Shown here piece after piece: positions 40,177 through 50,890 of a DNA stretch of 64,000 nucleotides. A program made the translations under genes and the position numbers. The notes under the pieces are model-generated. The model was not told where the DNA came from and did not search any database. It was given only the letters and a program-made list of their open reading frames with translations. Positions within the stretch are counted from its first letter, which is position 1. Each line of letters begins with the position of its first letter. The stretch is from positions 54,572-118,571 of the forward strand of contig JAXMFB010000012.1 in assembly GCA_046347945.1 (NCBI GenBank). The letters are read 5' to 3'. Source of the stretch: Burkholderiaceae bacterium. Its GTDB lineage: Bacteria; Pseudomonadota; Gammaproteobacteria; Burkholderiales; Burkholderiaceae_E.

Positions 40177-41196
40177 ATGCTGGATGCGCGCGCACGGACT
40201 CTGCTGAAGACCCTGGTCGAGCGTTACATCGCCGACGGGACGCCGGTGGGTTCCCGCACGCTGTCCCGGTACTCCGGACTCGACCTGTCGCCGGCCACGA
40301 TCCGCAACGTGATGGCCGACCTCGAAGAGCTCGGACTCATCGCCAGCCCGCACACCTCGGCCGGCCGCATCCCGACGCCGCGCGGCTACCGGTTGTTCGT
40401 CGACACACTGCTCACCGTCGAGCCGCTCGAGGGCGAGCAGACGCGGGTCATCCGGGGCCGGCTGCAGGCCGACGAGCCGCAGCGGCTGCTGTCGGCCGCC
40501 GCGTCGCTGCTGTCGAACCTCTCGCATTTCGCCGGCGTCGTCATGACGCCGCGCCGCGCGTCGCTGTTCCGCCAGGTCGAGTTCCTGCGGCTCTCCGGGC
40601 GCCGCATCCTGCTGATCATCGTCACGCCCGAGGGCGACGTCCAGAACCGCATCCTGTCGACCGAACTCGACTACACGCCGTCGCAGCTGGTCGAGGCGGC
40701 CAACTACATCAATACGCACTTCGCCGGACTCGACTTCGAGAGCATTCGCGGCCGCCTGCACTCCGAGCTCGCCTCGCTGCGCGACGACATCACGGGCCTG
40801 ATGCACAAGGCGGTCGAAGCGAGCAACCGCGCGCTGACCGAGGAGGCCGAGCCGGTCGTCATCTCCGGCGAACGCAACCTGATGGGCGTGGCCGATCTCA
40901 CCGACAACATGGAGCGCCTGCGCCGGTTGTTCGACCTGTTCGACCAGAAGACGAGCCTGGTGCAGCTGCTCGACGCGTCGAGCCGCGCGCAAGGCGTGCA
41001 GATCTTCATCGGCGGCGAGTCCGAGTTGGTCCCGATGGACCAGATCAGCGTCGTCGTCGCCCCGTACGAGTCGGACGGCCGCATCGTCGGCACGCTGGGC
41101 GTGATCGGCCCGACGCGGATGGCCTACGAGCGGGTCATCCCGATCGTCGACATCACCGCCAGGCTGGTCTCGTCGGCCCTCAGCCATCACGGCTGA
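40177..41196 (+). CDS. hrcA: Heat-inducible transcriptional repressor
   Basis: [40 protein letters not shown]. Confidence 0.96.
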   Translation: MLDARARTLLKTLVERYIADGTPVGSRTLSRYSGLDLSPATIRNVMADLEELGLIASPHTSAGRIPTPRGYRLFVDTLLTVEPLEGEQTRVIRGRLQADEPQRLLSAAASLLSNLSHFAGVVMTPRRASLFRQVEFLRLSGRRILLIIVTPEGDVQNRILSTELDYTPSQLVEAANYINTHFAGLDFESIRGRLHSELASLRDDITGLMHKAVEASNRALTEEAEPVVISGERNLMGVADLTDNMERLRRLFDLFDQKTSLVQLLDASSRAQGVQIFIGGESELVPMDQISVVVAPYESDGRIVGTLGVIGPTRMAYERVIPIVDITARLVSSALSHHG

Positions 41197-41245
41197 GCGC
41201 ACGCCCGCGATTCCACCGACGCCGACGCGGACCGCCCTCGCGCGC

Positions 41246-41728
41246 ATGTCCGAGACGCTGATCCGACGCTTCTACGACGCATTTGCCGCGCTCGACGGCG
41301 CGGCGATGGCTGCCTGCTATCACGGCCAGGCGTCGTTCAGCGACCCGGTGTTCCCCGACCTGCGCGGCGCCGAGCCGGGCGCGATGTGGCGGATGCTCAC
41401 CGCCGCCGCGGCTCGCAGCGGCGGTTTCCGGCTCGACTACCGGATCGCATTCGCCGACGAGCGCAAGGCGCAGGTGCTTTGGGAGGCCGACTACCTTTAC
41501 CGGGGCGGGCGCCGGGTGCACAACCGGGTGCGATCGACGCTCACGTTCTGGGACGACGCGATCGTGCGGCAGGTCGACGAGTTCGCGTTCTGGCCATGGA
41601 GCCGCCAGGCGCTGGGCGCGACCGGCTGGCTGCTCGGCTCGCTGCCGGCCTATCGCCGCGCGGTCCAGCGCGCGGCGCGCGGCCAGCTCGACCGCTTCAT
41701 CGACCGCGAGCGCGCACCGGCATCGTGA
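41246..41728 (+). CDS. NTF2/SnoaL-like protein
   Basis: FY.AF...D...M..CYH....F.DPVF, MW.ML, W.A.Y...GR.VHN, D.F.FW.W.RQALG. Confidence 0.8.
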   Translation: MSETLIRRFYDAFAALDGAAMAACYHGQASFSDPVFPDLRGAEPGAMWRMLTAAAARSGGFRLDYRIAFADERKAQVLWEADYLYRGGRRVHNRVRSTLTFWDDAIVRQVDEFAFWPWSRQALGATGWLLGSLPAYRRAVQRAARGQLDRFIDRERAPAS

Positions 41729-42837
41729 CGCGCTACACGGCTGCCACCCGCTTCGACCACGCGGCGCCGTCGCGAACCGCGGTGCTGCTCGTGCAGCTCG
41801 GCACGCCCGACGAGCCGACCCCGGCGGCGCTGCGGCGCTACCTGGGCGAATTCCTGTCCGATCCGCGCGTGGTCGAGATTCCGCGGCTGGCGTGGCTGCC
41901 CATCCTGCACGGCATCATCCTGCGGACCCGTCCGTCGAAGTCGGCGCGCAAGTACGCGAGCATCTGGACCGACGAGGGCTCGCCGCTGATGGTGCACACG
42001 CGTCGCCAGGCGACGCTGCTGCGCGGCGCGCTGGGCGCGCGCGGACACGACGTCGAAGTGGCGTTCGCGATGCGCTACGGCAATCCGTCGATCGCTGGCG
42101 TGCTGCGCGAGCTTCGCGAGCGCGGCGTCGTGCGGCTGCTGGCGCTGCCGTTGTATCCGCAGTACGCGGCCTCGACCACCGCCACCGCGTTCGACGCGCT
42201 GGCCCGCGAACTGGCCGGCTGGCGTAGCCTCCCCGAGCTGCGCACCGTGCGCGGCTTCCACGATCACGACGGCTATCTCGACGCGCTGGTCGCCGGCGTG
42301 CGCCGCGCCTGGGAGCGCGACGGCCGCGGCGAGCGCCTGGTCATGAGCTTCCACGGCGTGCCCCGGCGCACGCTGGCGCTGGGCGATCCCTACCACTGCG
42401 AGTGCCTGGCCACCGGCCGGCAGCTCGCCGAGCGTCTCGGCCTGCGGGCCGGCGAATGGGTGCTCACCTTCCAGTCGCGCTTCGGCCGCGCCGAATGGCT
42501 GCAGCCGTACACCGAGCCGACGCTGCGCGAGCTCGCACGCTCGGGCGTGCGCAGCGTCGACGTGATCTGCCCCGGCTTCGTCGCCGACTGCCTGGAAACG
42601 CTCGAGGAGATCGCGGTCGAGGGCCGCGACGCATTCCTGGGCGCCGGCGGCCAGGCGTTCCGCTACGTCGAGTGCCTGAACGAGTCGCCGCCCTTCATCG
42701 ACGCGCTCGCGAGCCTCGCCGAGCAGCACCTGTCGGGCTGGCCCACCCGCCGCCTAGACGCAGCCGCGACGGCAGCGCGTGAGCAGGCGCTCGCCGCCCG
42801 GCGCCAGCGCGCGCGATCGCTGGGCGCCGCCGGCTGA
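41725..42837 (+). CDS. hemH: Ferrochelatase
   Basis: LGTP, FL.DPRVVE, MRYGNPS, PLYPQY, SFHG.P, FQSRFG...WLQPYT, F.ADCLETLEEI. Confidence 0.96.
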   Translation: MTRYTAATRFDHAAPSRTAVLLVQLGTPDEPTPAALRRYLGEFLSDPRVVEIPRLAWLPILHGIILRTRPSKSARKYASIWTDEGSPLMVHTRRQATLLRGALGARGHDVEVAFAMRYGNPSIAGVLRELRERGVVRLLALPLYPQYAASTTATAFDALARELAGWRSLPELRTVRGFHDHDGYLDALVAGVRRAWERDGRGERLVMSFHGVPRRTLALGDPYHCECLATGRQLAERLGLRAGEWVLTFQSRFGRAEWLQPYTEPTLRELARSGVRSVDVICPGFVADCLETLEEIAVEGRDAFLGAGGQAFRYVECLNESPPFIDALASLAEQHLSGWPTRRLDAAATAAREQALAARRQRARSLGAAG

Positions 42838-42883
42838 AGGCCATCGGCGCGGCTCGCGCCGCGCCGCAGCGGGCGGCGCAGCC

Positions 42884-43387
42884 TCAGGGCTGCGGCGGAA
42901 TCCGCAGCACCTGTCCCGGATAGATCTTGTCCGGATGCGTGAGCATCGGCTTGTTCGCCTCGAAGATCGGCATGTAGGCGTTCGCGTTGCCGTAGTACTG
43001 CCTGGCGATCTTCGACAGCGTGTCGCCGCGCACCACCGTGTAGTACTGCGCCTCGGGCGTCGGGTTGCTCACGGACATGTTGTCGATCACGTTGCTCACG
43101 CCGGCGACGTTGCCGCAGCACAGCACGATCTTCTCGCGGGTCACCTGGTCCGGCGCGGTGCCGGAGACGGTGACCGAGGCGTTGGCGCCGTCGAACTCGA
43201 CGGACAGGCCATCGGCGCCCAGCTTCATCGCCGCGATGTAGTCCTCGATGGCCTTGCCGGCGGCCGCATTGGCTGCCGCCACCTTGTCCGCGCTCGGATC
43301 GGCTTCGGCCGCCTTCTGGGCGGCTTGCGCCTCGCCACGGCCGAACAGCTTCTCGCCAGCGTCCTTGACGAATGACAACAGGCCCAT
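42884..43387 (-). CDS. kbp: BON + LysM domain protein (Kbp/YgaU family)
   Basis: MGLLSFVKDAGEKLF, EKIVL..GNV.GV, YTVV.GDTLSKIA, IFEANKPML.HPDKIYPGQVLRIP. Confidence 0.9.
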   Translation of the reverse strand: MGLLSFVKDAGEKLFGRGEAQAAQKAAEADPSADKVAAANAAAGKAIEDYIAAMKLGADGLSVEFDGANASVTVSGTAPDQVTREKIVLCCGNVAGVSNVIDNMSVSNPTPEAQYYTVVRGDTLSKIARQYYGNANAYMPIFEANKPMLTHPDKIYPGQVLRIPPQP

Positions 43388-43473
43388 CTTCGCTCTCCCT
43401 GGTTGTGGAAACGTTCCCGTCGCGCACCCGGGACCGACCCCAAGGGTAACCTCTGCGCCGGGGGAAGTGCGCT

Positions 43474-43502
43474 GTTGAAATCCCTGATTGCGCCCCGAAA
43501 TA
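43474..43502 (+). promoter_or_regulatory. Putative sigma-32 promoter of grpE
   Basis: TTGAAA-N12-CCCCGAAATA upstream of grpE. Confidence 0.65.
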
Positions 43503-43571
43503 CACCGCGCCCCCGCCTGCCTGGCTCGGGGTGATCGCGCAACTATCTGATTCCATTGGGAGAAGCAGCGG

Positions 43572-44153
43572 ATGAACCCGGAAAGACCGGAGCAACCGGA
43601 CCAAGACGTGCCTGCTGGGACCGTCCACGGCGGCGTCGAACCCGCCCAGGGCGCTCCTGACGAGATCGCGACCGAGCAGGCGCGATCCGGCCCGGATGCC
43701 CGCCTTGCCGAGGCGCAGGCACAGGTCGCCGAAGTCCGCGACCAGTACCTGCGGGCTGTCGCCGAACTCGACAACGTGCGCCGCCGGGCGCAGGACGACG
43801 TTGCCAAGGCCCACAAGTACGGCATCGAGACGTTCGCGGAGAGCCTGCTGCCGGTCAAGGACAGCCTGGAGATGGCGCTCAAGGCCGACGCCCCGAGCGT
43901 GGACAACCTGAAGGAGGGGGTCGAGGCGACGCTGCGGCTGCTGGCCTCGGCGTTCGAGAAGAACCGGCTGTTCGAGATCGATCCCCAGGGCGAGAAGTTC
44001 GACCCCAACAGGCACCAGGCGATCTCCACCGTGCCTGCCGCCGCGACGCAGCCGCCGATCGCCCCGAACCACGTCGCGCACGTGCTGCAGAAGGGCTACC
44101 TGATCGGCGACCGGGTGCTGCGGCCCGCCCTCGTCACGGTGGTGCAGGGCTGA
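43572..44153 (+). CDS. grpE: Nucleotide exchange factor GrpE
   Basis: LR..AE.DN.RRR, LLPV.D.LE.AL, FDP..HQA, QKGY...RVLRPA.V.V. Confidence 0.95.
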   Translation: MNPERPEQPDQDVPAGTVHGGVEPAQGAPDEIATEQARSGPDARLAEAQAQVAEVRDQYLRAVAELDNVRRRAQDDVAKAHKYGIETFAESLLPVKDSLEMALKADAPSVDNLKEGVEATLRLLASAFEKNRLFEIDPQGEKFDPNRHQAISTVPAAATQPPIAPNHVAHVLQKGYLIGDRVLRPALVTVVQG

Positions 44154-44161
44154 GCCGGCCG

Positions 44162-44189
44162 CTTGAATTCCATTCACCACGACCTATCT
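44162..44189 (+). promoter_or_regulatory. Putative sigma-32 promoter of dnaK
   Basis: CTTGAA-N15-CCTATCT immediately after grpE. Confidence 0.6.
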
Positions 44190-44227
44190 GCAAGCCAGAC
44201 AATCTCCGTCACCGAGGAAGAAGGAAC

Positions 44228-46171
<1,944 letters not shown>

Positions 46172-46175
46172 GGGC

Positions 46176-46219
46176 GGAGAAGGGACAAGGGGGAAGGGAG
46201 AAGGGACCGGGCAAGGGGA
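46176..46219 (+). repeat. Purine-rich heptamer array (left arm of the inverted repeat around the four-helix-bundle gene)
   Basis: GGAGAAG GGACAAG GGGGAAG GGAGAAG GGACCGG GCAAGGG. Confidence 0.85.
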
Positions 46220-46223
46220 CGGC

Positions 46224-46586
46224 GTGCGGCGCAAGCACCGGGACCTGCTCGTCTGGCAGCGCGCGATCGTGCTGGTCGAGATGGTGTACGGTGCGACCGA
46301 TGCGTTCCCGCCGTCCGAGAGGTACGGGCTCAGTGGCCAGCTTCGCCGTGCCGCCGTCTCGGTGCCTGCGAACATCGCGGAGGGGTATGCCAGGAGCGGA
46401 ACTCGCGAGCTCCTGCATTACCTGAGCATTTCCGCCGGGTCGCTGTCCGAACTCGATACGCTGATCGAGATCGGACAGCGACTCGGCTATTTCGATCAGA
46501 CAGAGGAGTTGCGGAAGACACTGGACGACGTGAGCGGAATGCTGATGGGACTGCAGGCGTCGGTGCGTCGGCGCACTGGCTCCTGA
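46224..46586 (+). CDS. Four-helix-bundle protein (23S rRNA-IVP / TIGR02436 family, Avd-like fold)
   Basis: 120 aa; [36 protein letters not shown] motifs. Confidence 0.92.
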   Translation: MRRKHRDLLVWQRAIVLVEMVYGATDAFPPSERYGLSGQLRRAAVSVPANIAEGYARSGTRELLHYLSISAGSLSELDTLIEIGQRLGYFDQTEELRKTLDDVSGMLMGLQASVRRRTGS

Positions 46587-46616
46587 CCCTTCTCCCTTCC
46601 CCCTTCTCCCTTCCCT
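46587..46616 (+). repeat. Pyrimidine-rich heptamer array (right arm)
   Basis: CCCTTCT CCCTTCC CCCTTCT CCCTTCC CT; reverse complement matches 46176-46205 at 27/30 nt. Confidence 0.88.
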
Positions 46617-46623
46617 CCGAAAC

Positions 46624-47748
46624 ATGGCAAAGCGTGACTACTACGAAGTCCTCGGCGTCGCGAAGAACGCGAGCGACGATGACCTGAAGAAGGCGTATCG
46701 CAAGCTCGCGATGAAGTACCACCCGGACCGCAATCCGGACAGCAAGGACGCCGAGGAGAAATTCAAGGAGGTCAAGGAAGCCTACGAGATGCTGACCGAC
46801 CCGGCCAGGCGCGAGGCCTACGATCGCTTCGGCCACGCCGGCGTCGACCCGAACGCGGGTTTCCCCGGCGGTGCGGGCGGCCAGGGCTTCGGCGGCTTCG
46901 CCGACGTGTTCGGCGACATCTTCGGCGACATCTTCGGCGGCCAGCGCGCCGGCGGCGGCCGCAGCAACGTCTATCGCGGCGCCGACCTGCGCTACGCGAT
47001 GGAGATCACGCTCGAGCAGGCGGCCAGCGGCTACACGTCCGAGATCCGCGTGCCGAGCTGGGACACCTGCGGCACCTGCAGCGGCACCGGCGCGAAGCCG
47101 GGCACCAGGCCGAAGGTCTGCCACACCTGCGGCGGGCAGGGCGCCGTGCGCGTGCAGCAGGGGTTCTTCTCGATCCAGCAGACCTGCCCGACCTGCCACG
47201 GCAGCGGGAAGGTGATCCCCGAACCGTGCACCGGCTGCGAGGGCGCGGGGCGGGTGAAGAAGAACAAGACGCTCGAGGTGAAGATCCCTGCGGGCATCGA
47301 CGACGGGATGCGCATCCGCTCGGCCGGCAACGGCGAGCCCGGCATCAACGGCGGGCCTCCGGGCGACCTCTACGTCGAGATCCACGTCAAGGAGCACCCG
47401 GTGTTCCAGCGCGACGGCGACGACCTGCACTGCGAGGTGCCGATCGGCATCACCACCGCCGCGCTCGGCGGCACGGTGCAGATCCCGACGCTGGCCGGCC
47501 GCGCCGAGATCGACCTGCCCGAAGGGACGCAGTCGGGCAAGCAGTTCCGGCTGCGCGGCAAGGGCATCAAGGGGATCCGCTCGAGCTATCCGGGCGACCT
47601 GTACGCGCACCTGGTCGTCGAGACGCCGGTGAGGTTGACCGACAGGCAGAAGCAGCTGTTGCGCGAGCTCGAGGCCTCGCTGCAGGATCCGAAGCACAGC
47701 CCGCAGACCAAGGGCTGGATGGACCGCGTGAAGGACTTCTTCCAGTGA
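46624..47748 (+). CDS. dnaJ: Molecular chaperone DnaJ
   Basis: J domain HPD, G/F region, four CxxCxGxG repeats. Confidence 0.98.
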   Translation: MAKRDYYEVLGVAKNASDDDLKKAYRKLAMKYHPDRNPDSKDAEEKFKEVKEAYEMLTDPARREAYDRFGHAGVDPNAGFPGGAGGQGFGGFADVFGDIFGDIFGGQRAGGGRSNVYRGADLRYAMEITLEQAASGYTSEIRVPSWDTCGTCSGTGAKPGTRPKVCHTCGGQGAVRVQQGFFSIQQTCPTCHGSGKVIPEPCTGCEGAGRVKKNKTLEVKIPAGIDDGMRIRSAGNGEPGINGGPPGDLYVEIHVKEHPVFQRDGDDLHCEVPIGITTAALGGTVQIPTLAGRAEIDLPEGTQSGKQFRLRGKGIKGIRSSYPGDLYAHLVVETPVRLTDRQKQLLRELEASLQDPKHSPQTKGWMDRVKDFFQ

Positions 47749-49106
47749 AGCTCACCTTTGCCGGCGCGGCCGACACCGTCACCGGCTCGCGCTACCTGCT
47801 CGATTCCGGTGGGCGCCAGGTCCTGCTCGACTGCGGGCTGTTCCAGGGCTTCAAGAAGCTGCGCGACCGCAACTGGGCCGCGTTCCCGCTGCCGCCGCGC
47901 GAGATCGACCGCGTCGTGCTCAGCCACGCGCACCTCGACCACAGCGGCTACCTGCCGGCGCTGGTGCGCGACGGCTTTAAGGGGCAGGTCATCGCCACCG
48001 AGGCGACGCGCGAGCTGTGCGAGATCCTGCTGCGGGACAGCGCGCGGCTGCAGGAGGAGGAGGCCGAGTTCGCCAACCGGCACGGCTACTCGAAGCACGC
48101 CCCGGCGCGGCCGCTCTACACCAGCGAAGACGCCGAGCGCGCGCTCTCGCGCATCGTCGCGGTCGGCTTCGACGATGACTTCGACCTCGGCGACGGGATC
48201 ACCGCGCGCTTCCTGCCCGCCGGGCACCTGCTCGGCGCGGCGATCGTGCGGCTGCAGCGGGGCCACCGCACGCTGGTCTTCAGCGGCGACCTCGGCCGCC
48301 CGAACGACCTGGTGATGCAGCCGCCACGCACGGTGGAGTCGGCGGACACGCTGATCGTCGAATCGACCTACGGCGATCGCAACCACGCCGACGACGACCC
48401 CGAGGCCGTGCTCGGCCGCGTGATCCGCGAGACCGCAGCGCGCGGCGGCACGGTCCTGATTCCCTCCTTCGCCGTGGGCCGCGCGCAGACGCTGCTCTAC
48501 GCGCTGTACCGGCTGAAGGAGCGCGACGAGATTCCCGAGATCCCGGTCTTCCTCGACAGCCCGATGGCGGTCGACGCGACGCGGCTGTACCGCCGGTTCC
48601 AGCACGACCACCGGCTCACGCCCGAGCAGTGCGCCGGCATGTACCGCGCGGCCAGGCTGATCACGACGCCGGACGAATCGAAGCGGCTGGCCACGCTTCG
48701 CGGGCCGCTGATCATCATTTCCGCGAGCGGCATGGCGACCGGCGGCCGGGTGCTGCATCACCTCAAGCGCATCGTGCCCGACCCGGCGAACCACGTGGTG
48801 TTCGCCGGCTTCCAGGCGCCGGGCACGCGCGGCGCGCACCTCGTGGCCGGCGCGCGCGAGGTGAAGATCCACGGCGAGTGGCATCCGGTTCGCGCCGGCG
48901 TGACCCAGCTCGACGGGTTCTCGGCGCACGCCGACGGCGATGAGCTGATCGACTGGATGCGGGGCTTGCGCGCCCCGCCGAAGCAGGTCTACGTCACGCA
49001 CGGCGAACCCGAGGCGGCCGACCGGCTGCGCGTGCGCATCGAGACCGAACTCGGCTGGCACGCGCGCGTGCCCGAGCACCTCGAGAGCGTCGACCTGTCG
49101 CTCTGA
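47745..49106 (+). CDS. MBL-fold metallo-hydrolase, beta-CASP/RNA-specificity domain (putative RNase)
   Basis: GTGA overlap with dnaJ; [49 protein letters not shown]. Confidence 0.9.
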   Translation: MKLTFAGAADTVTGSRYLLDSGGRQVLLDCGLFQGFKKLRDRNWAAFPLPPREIDRVVLSHAHLDHSGYLPALVRDGFKGQVIATEATRELCEILLRDSARLQEEEAEFANRHGYSKHAPARPLYTSEDAERALSRIVAVGFDDDFDLGDGITARFLPAGHLLGAAIVRLQRGHRTLVFSGDLGRPNDLVMQPPRTVESADTLIVESTYGDRNHADDDPEAVLGRVIRETAARGGTVLIPSFAVGRAQTLLYALYRLKERDEIPEIPVFLDSPMAVDATRLYRRFQHDHRLTPEQCAGMYRAARLITTPDESKRLATLRGPLIIISASGMATGGRVLHHLKRIVPDPANHVVFAGFQAPGTRGAHLVAGAREVKIHGEWHPVRAGVTQLDGFSAHADGDELIDWMRGLRAPPKQVYVTHGEPEAADRLRVRIETELGWHARVPEHLESVDLSL

Positions 49107-49192
49107 ACGGGCGCCGGCCCGGGGGCACCGATTCCCCCGCGCCGGACCGTGAGACGATGAACGCGCGGCACCGGGCTGCTAAAGTCGGTGCC

Positions 49193-50890
49193 ATGGACGC
49201 GAGCGGGTTCCGAAGACCGACGGGGTGGCGCAAGGGCCGGCAGGTCGACGCCGCCGCGCGGGCGCGCGTGTTGCAGCTGCTCGATGGGCTCGCGTTGCGG
49301 CGCGACCTGCTGATCGAGCACCTTCATCGCATCCAGGATGCCGAGGGCTGCCTGCCGGCGGGGCTGCTGGCCGCGCTCGCCGAGTTGCTGCGGCTGTCGC
49401 AGGCCGAGGTATACGAGGTCGCGACCTTCTACCACCATTTCGACGTGGTCCGGGAGGACGATGCGCGCCCACCGTCGCTCACCGTGCGCGTCTGCGACTC
49501 GCTGCCGTGCCGTCTGGCCGGCGCCGAGGCATTGGTCGCCGCGCTGCCGCAGCGGCTCGGCAGCGACGTGCGCGTGCAGCGCGTGCCGTGCGTCGGGCGT
49601 TGCGCGCAGGCGCCCGTGGCCGTGGTCGGCCGTCGTCCCGTCACGCCGGCCGATCCCGCATCGGTCGAAGCCTGCGTGACGCGCGGCCCTCACGATTGCC
49701 CGGTTCCCGCCGCGCAGGACTACGCGGCCTACCGCGCTGCCGGAGGCTACCGCCAGCTCGCGCAGCTGCTCGACGGCTCGCGCAGCCGCGAGTCGGTGCT
49801 CGGCGAACTCGATGCATCGGGCCTGCGCGGACTGGGCGGCGCAGGATTCCCCATCGGTCGCAAGTGGCGCATCGTCGCGCAGCAGGCCGGCCCGCGGCTG
49901 ATGGTCGTCAATGCCGACGAGGGCGAGCCCGGCACCTTCAAGGACCGGCACTGCCTCGAGACCGCGCCGCACCGGATGCTCGAGGGGATGCTGATCGCCG
50001 CGAGCGTCGTCGGCTGCGACGCCTGCTACGTCTACCTGCGCGACGAGTACGCGGGCGTGCGGGCGTTGCTCGAGCGCGAACTGGCGGCGTTGCGCAGCGA
50101 TCCGCCGGTGCGCGGGCACGCGCTGCCGCAGGTGCACCTGCGGCGTGGCGCGGGCGCGTACATCTGCGGCGAGGAGAGCGCGCTGATCGAGTCGGTGGAA
50201 GGCAAGCGCGGGATGCCGCGGCTTCGTCCGCCGTACGTGGCCGAAGTCGGCCTGTTCGGAAGGCCGACGCTCGCGCACAACGTCGAGACGCTGCACTGGC
50301 TGCCCGAGATCCTCGAGCGCGGCGCCGCGTGGTTCGCCGGGCACGGGCGGCGCGGCCGCCACGGCCTGCGTGCGTTCTCGGTGTCCGGGCGCGTGCGCTC
50401 GCCCGGCGTCAAGCTCGCGCCGGCCGGCATCAGCGTGCGCGAGCTCATCGACGAGTTCTGCGACGGCATGCTGCCGGGACACGAGCTGTACGCGTTCCTG
50501 CCCGGTGGCGCGTCCGGCGGCATCCTGCCCGCGTCGCTCGCCGGCGAGCCGCTCGACTTCGATACGCTGCAGCCGCACGGGGCCTTCATCGGGTCGGCGG
50601 CGGTGATCGTGCTCTCGCAGCACGATCGCGCCGTCGACGCCGCACGCAACCTCATGGCCTTCTTCCGCGACGAGTCCTGCGGGCAGTGCACGCCGTGCCG
50701 GGTCGGCACGGCGAAGGCCGCGCGCGAGATCGCCAGCGGCGACTGGAATGTCGCGCTGCTGCGCGAGCTGTCGACGGCGATGATGGATGCGTCGATCTGC
50801 GGGCTCGGTCAGGCGGCGCCGAACCCGGTGCTCTCGGTGCTGCGGCACTTCGCGCACGAGCTCGGCCCGGACGACGAGGGCGAGCGATGA
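49193..50890 (+). CDS. NAD-dependent formate dehydrogenase beta subunit (NuoE-NuoF fusion)
   Basis: EVATFYHHF, VCDSLPC, CVGRC; SGLRGLGGAGFP, NADEGEPGTFKDR, GAGAYICGEES, ESCGQCTPCR, SICGLG. Confidence 0.9.
   Translation: MDASGFRRPTGWRKGRQVDAAARARVLQLLDGLALRRDLLIEHLHRIQDAEGCLPAGLLAALAELLRLSQAEVYEVATFYHHFDVVREDDARPPSLTVRVCDSLPCRLAGAEALVAALPQRLGSDVRVQRVPCVGRCAQAPVAVVGRRPVTPADPASVEACVTRGPHDCPVPAAQDYAAYRAAGGYRQLAQLLDGSRSRESVLGELDASGLRGLGGAGFPIGRKWRIVAQQAGPRLMVVNADEGEPGTFKDRHCLETAPHRMLEGMLIAASVVGCDACYVYLRDEYAGVRALLERELAALRSDPPVRGHALPQVHLRRGAGAYICGEESALIESVEGKRGMPRLRPPYVAEVGLFGRPTLAHNVETLHWLPEILERGAAWFAGHGRRGRHGLRAFSVSGRVRSPGVKLAPAGISVRELIDEFCDGMLPGHELYAFLPGGASGGILPASLAGEPLDFDTLQPHGAFIGSAAVIVLSQHDRAVDAARNLMAFFRDESCGQCTPCRVGTAKAAREIASGDWNVALLRELSTAMMDASICGLGQAAPNPVLSVLRHFAHELGPDDEGER

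Noticed and set aside
46172-46623. Cassette read as an IS element or a diversity-generating retroelement
   Set aside because: The ORF has no DDE/HUH transposase motifs, and the window has no reverse transcriptase or TR/VR pair.
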